Below, piece by piece: positions 1 through 13,542 of a stretch of DNA of 64,000 nucleotides. Each line of letters opens with the position of its first letter. Position 1 is the first letter of the stretch. The translations under genes and the position numbers were made by a program. Source of the DNA: Chrysomallon squamiferum (Eukaryota; Animalia; Mollusca); contig CM022679.1 of NCBI GenBank assembly GCA_012295275.1, forward strand, positions 30,938,001-31,002,000, given 5' to 3'. Under the pieces are notes generated by a model. It searched no databases. It had not been told where the DNA came from and worked only from the letters and a program-made list of their open reading frames with translations.

Positions 1-179
1 GAAAAGCTAGTCAATGATGGCAAAGAATGTTGTCTCTTGTTTATGTGATCCTTAATTATAATCACACATTATCCCATGTTACCACAGATAAATAATGCCA
101 CTGAGAGAATTGTTAAACACAATATTTTTTACTTTACTGGTTGTATTATTAATTAATTAATTATTATTATTATTAATTA

Positions 180-227
<48 letters not shown>

Positions 228-681
228 TTTATTATTTAGGTGTGTTTAGTCACATAGCCTTGACTGATTTTCCAAAATTCTTATCAGTGTAAATGTTACC
301 TTTTTTTCCTCTGTATTTTCTTCTCTCTTTTCTCTATCTCAGTCTTTCTGCCTGTCTGTCTATCTGTCTCTCTGTCTTCCTGTCTGTCTCACTCACTCAC
401 TCACTCACTCACTTTCAATTTAGCCAAATCTTCCAGAGAATGAATCCATGTTATTAATGTGATGATTGCTACAGTTTGTTCAGCGAAGCAGACGTCAGAA
501 ATGGTCAATACATTTCTCATTTATTCTGTACCAGTAAACTGGACAATACACTTATTAGTTTCAGTTCACAAAAGTTTGTTCTATCTTAAGAGCAAATGCT
601 GTAGTCTTTTGTGGCCAATTACAGAGCACTTCCTTGACTCGGAATTGGACCAATTAGCACACAGAAGCAGATTAGAATCTG

Positions 682-1060
682 TTTATTTCAGTACCCTAAA
701 CGATTTATTTTATTGTACTAAATGACTTATTTCATTATACTAAATGACTTATTTCAGTATATTAAATGACTTATTTCAGTATGCTAATTGACTTATTTCA
801 GTATGCTAATTGACTTATTTCAGTAAAGTAAATGACTTATTTCAGTACCCTAAATGATTTATTTTATTGTACTAAATGACTTGTTTATTTCAGTATATTA
901 AATGACTTATTTCAGTATGCTAAACAACTTATTTCAGTATATTAAATGACTTATTTCAGTATGCTAAATGACTTATTTCAGTATATTAAATGACATTTCA
1001 TTATACTAAATGACTTATTTCAGTATGCTAAATGACTTATTTCAGTATATTAAATGACAT
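682..1060 (+). repeat. 22-bp minisatellite (AAATGACTTATTTCAGTAT(A/G)(T/C)T), ~17 copies, directly upstream of a caspase splice acceptor
   Basis: Unit read directly from the sequence; 13 TTTCAG copies between 686 and 1045, and the real acceptor TTTCAG ends at 1076. Confidence 0.9.
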
Positions 1061-1076
1061 ATCTGTTCACTTTCAG

Positions 1077-2375
1077 TGCCGACACTAAGAATGTTCGACC
1101 AGGTGCACCCTCGGAGCCTAACGAGTACAACTTCAACTTCAAACGTCGTGGCCTCTTCCTCATCATCAACAACAAACACTTCGACAGCTCCACGGGTCAG
1201 ATGATGCGAGAAGGCACTGACGTTGACGCTGAGCGACTGGAGGAACGCTTTCAGGACATGGGCTTTGAAGTGAAGCGATACGACGATGTGACGCGCTCCA
1301 AGATGACATCACTCATGTATGATGGTGAGTAAAGGTGGTGCGCAGTGTGGCAGTCACGTTATGTGTGTAAATGTTTATGTTGTGTGGAAAAAAGGGGATT
1401 TTGATGATGACGTAAAAACGAATATTGTGTGGACATTCTGGTTTCACAAAGTGTTTTTTTTTTGTAAATAATGTAAAATTTTATATTGTGTGGAAAATAC
1501 ATTAGTTTGGAAAACAAAAATTTATGTGTAATGATGGTAAATATATGTAAAATATAATTACTTTTGTTGTTTATATTTATGTGAGCATCTGCAAAAACAT
1601 ACAAACATCTATATCATTATCTGTGAGACATTTCAAATATTATTTAAGGCTGGAACTGTTAGATTACATTTTATACTATGACAGAACTGTGATAAATTAT
1701 GTAATGTAGTTCTAAGCATTCAATCATTTATACATTATAAATATAAAACTTTTACCAGAGTCCTCACAGTATCACAAGATGATGTTACTGTGTGGATTGA
1801 GAATCGATTATTGGTATCATCTTCATCTGTGTATCTCTTTCTGTGTATGCAAAACATGAAATTAATGTACATCAGTCAGTGACATTTTTTCATTTTTATT
1901 TTTCAAAAGAAACGTCTATTAATGTTTTGGTGAAAATGAGTTGAAACTAGGGCAGACATTTTAATTATGGAAGTCTGTGAATTTCAATCTGACTGGAATA
2001 CAGCTCTCTGGGGAGTTGTCTGGGTACACAAAGATAAATGTGTAAAATGTCAAAGGTGGATATAACATTCTACAGATACAGTTTCTGAAGATGAGAGAGA
2101 GACACACACACACACATGCACACACATAATGATATAGAAACACACACACACAGACAAAGATTAAATATAAACATTTTTTTTTTTGTAAAAACAAAATCAG
2201 CAAAAACAAGGTAGAAAGACTTTGGAAAAAAAATTAAGTCAAAAACAATTTATCTATTTTCTTTCTTTCTTGCTTTGTTTGTTTGTTTCTTTCTTTCTTA
2301 CTTTCTTCTTTCTTTCATTCTTCTTTCTTTTATTTTTTCTATCTTTCATTCTTTCTTTCTTCTTTCTCACTTTCT

Positions 2376-2406
<31 letters not shown>

Positions 2407-4088
2407 CCTTCCCTTTTTAACTGCAATTATGTTTTTCCAGCCCACTCTCCACCCTCCTCACCTCAAAATACTCTCTGGACAGTCTCTGCTTCCAAACTGA
2501 CTTCCTTTTGTTTCTTTATTCCAAAATATTTCTAAAGAAAAATAAAATCTCATTGCACAGGTTTTCCCTACTGGCAGTCATAAATAAGCCATAGAAAGTA
2601 GACTTATCAAAATGTATACATTGCACAGAGGCAGACATTTAGCAGAGCAGTGATAGATGGTTTCTGAAGAAAGACTTTGATGGTATACGACTTGATTTTC
2701 TACAAAAATCCATACAGCCAAACATTGTGTCAGTTTATCATGAAAAATGACGATCGTTATGATATCATAGTGTGCAGCTTAATATCCTTTCATAACATAT
2801 AAGTGTGTATATCCGTATAGCTAATTAATTAGCTTTGTAGTTCTTTATGGAGGTAACAAAAAAAAAGATAAATAAATAAAGATAAAGAAGAAAAAAAAAA
2901 GATTAAAGAGAAATTAAACATAAACTAAAAACAGTGCTTAAATTGATTTATGTAATCCAAGTCTATTATTGAAATCAAGAGAGAGTATAAAAAAAAAAAA
3001 AAAAAAAACATTTCAGTTTGCCATGATATAGCTCAATACATTCAACTCTTAGGTGGTTGCAGGAAAAACAAAAAAGGAAAAAAAAAAAAAAAAAAAAAAA
3101 AAGATTGGAATGTGGAACACATTAACATGGTTTAAATGGAAAAGAAAAAAGCCCAGGAACTAATGTAATAAAAGCTGTAAAAACAAAAACATCAAATACT
3201 GTGTTTCTGCGGTGAATACATCTACAACCTCTGTTATAGCTACTGTTGCTGTAATTGCAAATAGTATTACTGCTACTACTACTACTACATACTATTACTA
3301 CATACTACTACTGCTACTACACACTAATACTAATACAACACACACACTATTACTATTGCAATTACTACACTACTGCTACTTCTACTACTGTTATAACTAG
3401 TAATACTACAACCATTACTGTCAGTCCACTTTTCTTTTTTTTTTTTCTAAATAATAACCTAGCACAAATTTTCAAAAGCCATGGAATGTGCTATCCTGTT
3501 TCTAAGAAATATATGTTACAGGGAATATGCATAACACCTGCAATTTTCATGTATTATGTGTAATGCCTAATTCATTCAGGAATTATGTTTAATAACAGAA
3601 AATAATTCACAATAACTTAAATTTACTTACTTCTTTTAATAAATATATTCCCTGAAATTGTTTGACCTTGTACTGTATTGTTGTAATTAAATTGCCCAGT
3701 CTTCATGAAAACAGTAAATACAGTTTGAATTAAGTAATGAGAAGGCAATTGTTTGAGAGTCAAGAAGCAAAAACTAAAGTATAGGAGAATAGTTTATCTT
3801 CTGCTAATCACTATTATTAGTAAGCATCTGATAATAGAAATACAAGTAATGTTAATTAAGTTTGTGTTGTGATCAGAATTTGAGTAACTTTTACTTGCAT
3901 TATCCATTACAATTCAGTGTTCCCATCCTCTTTGTAACATACATAAAATATTTAAATTCTTTACTTTTTTTTGACAAATGTTACTTGTGAATGGTGAAGA
4001 AATATTAACATATTAAAGAAAATATTAAAAGTAAATTAGTTATACATTTATTTATTTATTTATTTATTTGTTTATTTATTTATTATTA

Positions 4089-4138
<50 letters not shown>

Positions 4139-6301
4139 CATTTTTTTTTGTTTTTTGTTATTGTTATTATTTTTTTAATTCTCACAACTATGAAAAATGA
4201 ATATTAACTTATCCAGATAAAACATGATATTAAAAGAGAGAATAAACCAATGGTAATGTTTGACAACAGTTCTTATTTTGGCATTTAAAACTGGAATGAC
4301 ATGCTGTGTGCTTTACCAACTGATTTAACAATGCTTTTACACACAGTGAAACCTTGTCCACCACAAGTGGATTCAGTCTGAAAGTTTGGCTTTAAGGTTT
4401 CATCACTGCCTGGCTTCCATTCATTCTTGTTTCAAACAAGTTAGCTGAGGGTGTGAAATAATGAGGTATTCCGAATTTACATAACAAATATTTTCAACTG
4501 CTGAAATAATTGTCTACTCCTTATTATTACATCAGAGAACAAGTAGCATTTGTCAAAAAAATTGTCTGGTCTTTATTTATTCAATGAAGAATCTACATAT
4601 TTTATCTGTGTTACTAAGAGGATGGGAGAAGTGAATTGTAGTGGTACAGATAAAACAGTTCAGGGAAGATGCATAAAATAACAGACTGAAAAATCAAGTA
4701 TTATGTATATTATGAAATGTTTAGTGATTAATTCTGAGTGAATCAGACACTGCATATAGAACCTGAAAATATGGTAAGAAATGTTCTCTATAATATATGT
4801 GTGTCTATATCCTTATCTACAGATATATATATATGAATTAGAATTACAAATTGATTAATTCTAGTGAGCTAAAGACAGAAAGTTTATTGGTATATTGTGT
4901 TATAATATCCAAGTAAATTGCTTTGACATTCACTTACCAATGATGGAAAGTTAGTCAATGTGATCTCGTGGTGCCATTAAACCAAACAAACTTTATTTTA
5001 ACAAAATACTAAAAAAGACAGAGGAACAAAACCGCTTAATGTTACAATTTCTCTAAATCATTAAAATATAAAATGTGTTATTCAGACCACACCAAGAAAT
5101 GAAGTAAAAATGAAACTGATAAAATGGAAGATTAACCCAGAATAGTAAAGTTTCAGTTCCATTAAAATGTCAGGTTGATGAGTTGTGTCACCTGATTCCT
5201 GTTACTGTCTGATATGCCTCATAGATTGTGTTTCAGTATGAAGATTAGGTTGAAATTTGTATTTAGTATTATTGTTGTTTCTGGATTTGTTTTGTTTGTT
5301 TTTGTTGTTGTTGTTGTTGAAGTTTTAAAACAAATCTGGGGTGAATTCAGCAAACTGTTTGTTAGAGGTGTGTGTGTCATGAAATCAATACATATTGATT
5401 ACTTATTGAAAATACTGGTGTCATTAATGCTTTTGAAATACAAACCAAATGAGATTTTTAACTTTTAATAGGTTTTTGTGTGTATCTGTTGCTGTTTTCT
5501 GTCAGTCTGTATTTTTTTCTATCTGTCTATCTGTCTTTCTGTAAGTGCATCAGTCTGTGTGTTTGTGTATGTGTGCATGTCTCTCTGTCAACATATCCAC
5601 TGGTCTGTATGTCTCTGTGTGTATATTATTCTTATTACCATTATTGTGTTCTAAATGATAAAACAACAACACAGCATGAAATATGTTCATCTTTTATTTT
5701 TGATGTTTTTTGGTTTTTTTTTTAATTTTCTTCACCTAACAGGGTAAAACATGTAACATTCTGAAATATGTTTCTTAACAACTTAATGGGGATAACAGCC
5801 TGATAAAGATAATGGATTTTAAATGAAAACATAAAACTTCCCATTATTCTTCGGTTACCATGGAAGAAAACTATTCTTTGCAAAATGTCAACTAAATTTG
5901 TTCTCCACTTGACAAGCTGGTCAAATCCGATTCTCTGTCGACGGAAGCCAATGTCCGAATAATCGTGTCATTTTAATAAAACTCTACAGTCACTGTTCAA
6001 GCTCTGCTGCACACTTCCTCCATGTCAGACAGCCGGCTTAATCTGATTGGTTGAAAACTGGTTTGGTTGTGATACAGATATTTCTTGGAGGATTTTAGCC
6101 AATCAATACGTCAGTTGTTTGTTATTAAGCTGGTAATTTTAGATTTTTTTTTTTTTTTTATCACTTTTCTTGGAAAGCTCTAGATTGTTTTATTTTCTAA
6201 TTTCTTTTTTCTGTTTTTTTTTCTTTTTTTTTTGTTATTTATTTCTTTTTTCTTTTTATATTATTATTTATTATTATTATTATTATTCTTTTTTTTTTTG
6301 T

Positions 6302-6337
<36 letters not shown>

Positions 6338-6854
6338 TTGAATTCTAAGCCTATGATATTTTTTGAAACCCCTTTTGGATATGTATAGTTAAAAAAAAAA
6401 AAAAAAATAAACAAACAAACAATTGAAATATATATTTAAAAAAAAAAATTCATTAGTTCTTATAGTTAATATTTCAGTTTTGCCACATTTCATCTGTAAC
6501 TGAATATAATAATTTTTTATTTTTTTTTAGAAAATCAGATAAATTGGATTCAAAACATAACACCATTAATCATTCCTCTGTTCTCAAATTTCATCTTTGA
6601 TTTAAAGAAAAAAAGAAGAAAAAGAACATCTTCAAAATAAATTGAATTTGAAATCTGTAATGTCAAAATTTAATAAATTCCTTTTGTTAATTTAATATAA
6701 ATAAAATCAAAGAAAAAGAAAGGAAAGAAAAACAAATGTAATGGAAAGAAATAAAAAATAAAAAAAATTATTTAATTTATAGAAAAAGTTAAAAAAAAAA
6801 TTTAACAATTAAAGAATATTAAAACAAAATAAAATAAATTAATAAAACGGTAAC

Positions 6855-6935
<81 letters not shown>

Positions 6936-9900
6936 CAATAATAATAATAAAAAATAATAATAATAATAATAATAATAAAAAATCTTAATGCCAGCTGTTC
7001 CTGACATTTTCATCAAAACTGAAAAACATTAATTCTCTTCCAGGAATGACTGTTTGAATATTTGTGTGATAACATGCCAAAGTAGATTAATATTTGTAGC
7101 TATCATTAATCACATTCAGGATTATTATTCTTAATTAACAGACAGGGAACTTTATCTGCACATTTATATAGGCAAGAAAAGTCTTTAATGAACAGACATT
7201 AATTTTTGATACATCGTAGACCATGATATTTGATGAAACATAAATGATGTTTTTTTTTATAAAACTTAAATGGTAATTTTTGATAAACCAGAGAAAATGA
7301 TCTTTGATAAAACATAGACAATGATCTTTGATAAAACATAGAAAATGATCTTTGATAAAACATAGACAATGATCTTTGCTAAAGTATGAATCTGACTTTT
7401 GATGAACCACTGGCCATCATGTTAGATCATCAGAAAACCCCCCATAAAAACAATGATCTTTGATAAACCAGTCAAATAACTCTGTTGTTATAGTTTTTAT
7501 TACTGATGTTAATGTAATTGTTATTAATGTCCTTCTTACAATTGTTGTTATTATTTCTGTTGTTGTTGCTGCTGCTGCTGTTGCTATTGTTTGATGTCTC
7601 TCATTATATGTGGGTGTATATTTAACAAGATCAAGAGAAAATGAAAAACTGAAGCAGTAAGGAAAGTAATTGGAAGAGGGAATGAGAAGTAACAGATGAT
7701 GTAAAGGTTGATGCAGTGAAACTGACTGTATGAGTGATGATGACATGCATGTGTGACTAAGTGAACTGCTTGTTAACCACAGAAATAATGTACACCCACA
7801 GACACTCTTCATCTCTGTCTACTGCAGGTGTAGCATCACCCACACAGATTAGATCTTATTTTTGTCCTGTTCAGAAGCATGTATACAGGCACTGGGACAC
7901 CAGTACACAAATACACACACACACAAGTGCACATACACACAAAGACATGTGTATGTGTGTGTGTGTGTAAGTGTGCGTGTTTATATATTTTGATAAATAG
8001 ATTGACAAATGAATGAATGGATAGATAAACTGACAGACAGACAGACAGATAAACAGATAGATAGATAGATATAAATGTAGATAAGATCTTATTCAAATGT
8101 CTTTCAGAGAAGCAGGACACACACATACAGACACCCAAACATACAGAGAGAGCGATAGAGGGAAATACACACACAAAGATAACATATAGATGCATACATA
8201 CAATTACTTACACCTAATACACCTAAACAGTTTGCACACAATAACATATATAAATTCAAAACCAAGATATTACTCTGAAATAATCTCAAACACACAACAC
8301 TCTGAATCTAAAAGTCTTTTATTTTATTTTTTTTTATTTTTCGTTATTTCTTAAGCCTGATTCTCATACTCTATATTTCAGTAATAACAGAATAGTTAGC
8401 TACAAAAAAAGAAACTCATGATGTAATTAAGTTTTCTTCTCTTGCAGCTGCTGCCTACGATCACTCGAATGCTGACTGTTTTGGCTGTGCTATTCTGAGT
8501 CACGGAGTTGAGGGACGAATCTACGCGACAGACGGCTACATGTCCCTTGAACTCCTTGTTGTACCTTTCAAAGGTGACCGCTGTCCATCCCTCATTGGCA
8601 AACCAAAGCTGTTTTTCTTACAGGTAATTTCACAGCTTAACATTTTGGGGACACTCTGTCTTAAAGGGGAGAAAGAAAAAGAGATGATTGTTCAAAGAAT
8701 TGTAAAAAAAAAAAAAAATTATGTACCAATTTCTTCTGACTTTGCATAAATTCTCCCCACTGTTTTTACTAAGTTGGGAAATGCAGATGTATGTGTCCAA
8801 GTAATAACCCCTGAAGTAGATATTTCTGTGATAAGTAAGAACAGATAATGTGAATTTCTAAAATCATGGGATTTTTTGTATAAAAAATAAAATTTATTTT
8901 TATTAATTTATTTTTTATATAAAGTCCTAATGGATATAATATTAAAAGATGGGGTAAAAATACATTGTTAACAGCTGAATCAGTGTTTTTAATGATTTTA
9001 TTTTCAAAACTGAAAAAAAACTTTATCTTTAGAAATTGTTTTTCGTGAAGCTGGTCACATGTTTCTTTTAGCAAATCAGACTGACATTTCAGCCATGCAT
9101 ACAGTAATCAAAAGTCACTTGCCACTAATCACTACACTGAATGTTCCTGTGTGTTGTAACTCAGTGGGATTAGTGCTAGTGGATTAGATTTAATCTAGGT
9201 TATGTTCAAATGCCATTTCAGACCGAAAAATTGACTCACATTCAGCCAAAACAAATTCTTGCTAATTACCGAGTAGTATTTCTGGCTTTATATAAAAATC
9301 TGGTTATGGTTAAAAGGTTTTTTTTATTAGTTTTTATTTTTAAATCAGATTGCATGTAAATCTTATTTTGATTAAAATGCCTTATCGTTGTAGCAAAAAC
9401 ATCAATGTTGATTGTTGTACAAAATGTTTGAGCTCTGTTTATTCAAGATTGGATTTTTTCTTCTGTTTTGTTAAAATTAGGTTAGAGGTATATGTCAGTT
9501 TTAACTAATAGCATCTGCTGGGGAAACACAAATGTGATTATAAATTTACTTGATGTATACTGTTTGACATGAAACCAGAAGGAATGCAGTGAAACAGCTT
9601 CTATTTATTTTTCTGAAATAAATGTCACCCACACACATACCCACAGATATATATATATAAGCACATATAGAGACACATACAGATATGCACAGATACATAA
9701 TCAGATATACAGACATTGACATATATATAGAAATACACAGACACAAACTCAGACACATATTCAGACACACACAAAGCCACACTCTCACACACACAGAGAA
9801 TTCTAAATAATCATTTATGTATTTATATAAGCACATTGTCAAAACTAGTCATTGGTCAATGGTTGGAACTGGAAATGGGAGAACTGTTGATGGTTATATC

Positions 9901-10359
9901 AAGAGTCATCATATCTAACTGCTATAATCACTAAACTATTGACTTTGAATCACAACATATACTTTATCATAGCAATCTCCACTTAGCATTGCTGGACACT
10001 GACCATTACTGGACATTGACCTTTAACCTCACAGTGATGATTACCAGACCTTTATTTAAACTGACGTTTACAGGTATCAGTGCCTCACTGAATGCTAACA
10101 CATTACAGAATGCAGACCATTACTTGACACTGACCATTACTAAATGCTGACCACTGCTGAATAATGATCATTTGCTGGATGTTGACCATTAACTGAACAC
10201 TGACCAATACAGAATGTTGATCATCACCAAACACTGACCATTAGTGGACATTCACCATCAGTACAGAGTATATGATTTACATACTACTCTGGAGAATTTA
10301 CACCAATCTGATAAAACGCCATCACTGTATGTCTGAATGTGAAAACAAGATCTGTGTAT

Positions 10360-10405
<46 letters not shown>

Positions 10406-10572
10406 CTGAGTAATAACTAAATTTTAATTTAGAAAAGATGTAAACAAGATGTATGTTGATTTTAGTGGATAACCCAAAAAATAAATGCACACACACACTG
10501 ACACACACACAGACACACAAACATAGAATGTGAAATTGTTATTATTAATACTGTTGTATTTACTTCTACTAT

Positions 10573-10641
<69 letters not shown>

Positions 10642-13542
10642 ACTACTACTGCTACTACTACTACAACACTACTACTACTACTACTACTAGTACCAGGGCC
10701 TTCTTAACACCATGCTAATATATCTATATTGTGACTTGCTCTCGATAAATGAATAAATATTATTTTATACAGTACTATAAATATTTGTTATTGGAAAATG
10801 AATATTTAGCATGTGTTTTACTAAAGACAGTGAACAGTGTTAATGTTTATGGTGACAAGTGGACATTGTGTAGGTAAGAGCCTTAGAGCACTCCTTTTTC
10901 TGAGAGCCTGTAATGTTGTTAAGTCAGCTCTGACCATTAATACTGCTGCTATTATCCCATAATCATCATCTCTGTGTCTGTCTCTCTGCCTCCTTCTCTG
11001 CCACTCTGTCAAAATTATTATCTGTCTGTCTCTGTGTTTGTCTCTATCTGTCTGCCTCTGATTCTGACTCTGTTTCCATATCTCCAAAACTACAACAAAA
11101 GATCTAAATGATAAATCACACCCATGACAGCATCCATAATAAACCATTGCTGCAAATAACATTGGACAGAGTTTTCCTTTTTATTGTTATTATTTATTTT
11201 TTTTTTTTTTTTTGTAAAAAGCCATTATAACCAGGACTTTCAATAAGACAATCGATAACCACAGCCACATTACAAGATAATTAAGAATGGGTTTATGCAT
11301 TCGACTGTTAATCTGGAACGTTTTGTTATTTTGATTTGATCTCCGTAATGTAATGAAATAGCATAATGGCTGCTCTGTGTATTCGCTGTAGGCCAGTTGA
11401 TTCAGTGATTATCTGATGATGAGACTTTTTTTTAACATCAGCAGGTAGATGATCACAGCAACAAATAACAATACAAAGCTTGGTGCTGACTTCTGTTAGA
11501 TTGGTAATCAGCACCTGATTTATATAGGAAAAGTGATAATTGCTGAAATATTATTCTCGCTTTCTGTCTCTCCATTTTTCTCTCTCTCAGTCTTTCTTTA
11601 TTTCTGTCCCTTTCTTTCTGTCTATATTTCTTTCTGTTTATCTTTGTTTCTGCATCTCTCGCTGTTCATTGCATATCTGTTTTTAAGATGCTACTACTGT
11701 TATTTATTTTACAAGTTAGAGACAGGTTCTGCTGCAGGAATTTAAACTACAGATGACTATTACTATAATTTCTATTACTACAATTCTATCTGCTGCTGCT
11801 ACTACTGCTGCAACTACTACTACTGCTATTACTATTACTATAATTACTAATGCTACTTCTGCTACTACTGCTGCAACTACTACTGCAACTACTACTACTG
11901 CTATTACTATTACTATAATTACTAATGCTACTTCTGCTACTATTGCTACTACTGCCACTATTCTTCTTCTTCTTCTAAGAATTATAATGCACATACCATT
12001 ATAACAACTCTAGCCACCAGGAAACCACTGCTACTAAAGCAATCAAAAGCAGCTTAAAATCAAAACATACAACAAATCTCAAAAATCTTTCCCCTTGATA
12101 TTTTTAATTTTTAACTTATTTATTTATTTATTTGCTAACATTTTTTTTTTTTTTTGTTGTTGTTTGGTTTTAAAGGAGCATTACATTTATTTTTGTTTGA
12201 AGATATTTTTTATGATTTTATTTCTTCCATTTCATTTGTATTTTTCTTTCTTTCTTCTTTCTTCCTTCTTTCTTCCTTCCCACATTCTTGCTTTTCTTCT
12301 TTCTTCATTTATTTAATTTTTTTTTTTTTTTTTTGTTCTTAACCTTTGAAGTAACCAAAACAGGTTATTATCGCACTCATTTTCATCTAGAAAGATACAA
12401 AGTCGTAATTACATACATTTTTCTTTTTTCAATACGTCGTTAAGGACTATTTTATGTTTTACTCACTTCAGGCTTGTCGAGGATCAAAGATGGATTATGG
12501 AGTTGAAGTTTCAGACTCTACGAGTGCCTCATCTAAAGACGAAGATGAAACAGACGCATCTAGTACAGTGACCGTCAGGAAAATTCCTATAGAAGCCGAT
12601 TTCTTATTTGCTTACTCCACAGTGCCAGGTTAGTGTGCAGAAGAATGGGAAAAATGGATAGTTGGATGAATGAATAAACAAATGAATGGTTTCAGTATTT
12701 TTCTAGGAATGGATATAGGTGTGTCAGATGTGTATGTGAGTGTAATGTGTGTAGGTGTATTTGCATGTGTATGTATGTGTTTACGTATGTGTGTAGTCTG
12801 GCCTGTATATATATATATATATATATTTATTTTTATTTTTATTATTTGTATCCTTATATGAAAGTATATTTTCTAACTTTATATAAAACAGAATTTTATC
12901 AAATTTCATATGAAATGATGTTAAATACAGGGTGATATTATATTATATTATTTTATCTTCTAATATTGTATATTGCTCCTATAATTCACTATACTGTACT
13001 ATGTTATACTTACTGCATTGTTTACTGAACTGTACTATACTATGCTATACCATACTATACTATACTATACTATACCATACCATACCATACCATACCATAC
13101 CATACCATACCATACCATACCATACTATACTATTCTATACTATACTTTATTAATGCATTTGTTATATATTGTATTATATTATATCACATATTATATTATA
13201 CTGTATTATCAGTATTATATATTATTATCACTGTTATATTATTTAATTGTATTATATTATAACTCTATGTTACACCACTGTTGTAATGTTTCAGGCTACT
13301 ACTCATGGAGAAACAACCAGGACGGGTCCTGGTTTATTCAGGCTCTGTGCATCGTCCTCGAGAATTACGCTACGAAGATGGAACTACTGCACATGCTCAC
13401 TCACGTCAACAGAATTGTGGCCTACGAGTTTGCGTCGTGCACAGACAAAGAATTCACCGACAAGATGAAACAAATGCCTTGTGTTGTGTCCATGTTGACT
13501 CGTTACGTGTACTTCAGACACAAGAAACAGGACATTAGATGA
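1077..13542 (+). CDS. Effector caspase (caspase-3/7-like), 5'-partial; exons 1077-1324, 8448-8623, 12472-12628, 13295-13542
   Basis: Spliced translation gives p20 motifs [20 protein letters not shown], catalytic His in [14 protein letters not shown]|ACRG (QACRG pentapeptide across an intron), linker [35 protein letters not shown] and [12 protein letters not shown]. All introns are GT-AG with consistent phases. No start codon identified in the window. Confidence 0.95.
6856..6978. repeat. (AAT)n microsatellite
   Basis: Direct inspection. Confidence 0.9.
7270..7470. repeat. 24-bp intronic minisatellite (ATGATCTTTGATAAAACATAGA(C/A)A)
   Basis: About 5 copies at 7270-7385 plus a detached copy near 7450; explains the KDHxLxFI repeat in ORF 7135..7410. 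Confidence 0.8.
9155..9215 (+). mobile_element. Possible decayed tRNA-derived SINE head
   Basis: A-box-like GTAACTCAGTGG followed by B-box-like GTTCAAATGCC; no intact cloverleaf. Confidence 0.25.
9985..10260. repeat. Degenerate ~18-bp tandem repeat (CTGGACACTGACCATTA-like)
   Basis: Recurrent TGACCATT / CTGACCA cores at near-regular spacing. Confidence 0.6.
10566..10690. repeat. (ACT)n microsatellite
   Basis: Direct inspection; (CA)n also at 10362-10403. Confidence 0.9.
13030..13145. repeat. (CATAC/TATAC)n pentanucleotide microsatellite
   Basis: Direct inspection; source of the HTIPY repeats in ORFs 12932 and 13018. Confidence 0.9.

Noticed and set aside
1359-13153. Numerous 60-130 aa ORFs in caspase introns (poly-L, poly-Y, CV repeats, T/A-rich 11753..12004)
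   Set aside because: Translations of microsatellites and AT-rich low complexity; no splice-consistent or family evidence.
13247-13538. Overlapping ORFs 13247..13468 and 13305..13538
   Set aside because: Alternative frames of the last caspase exon.
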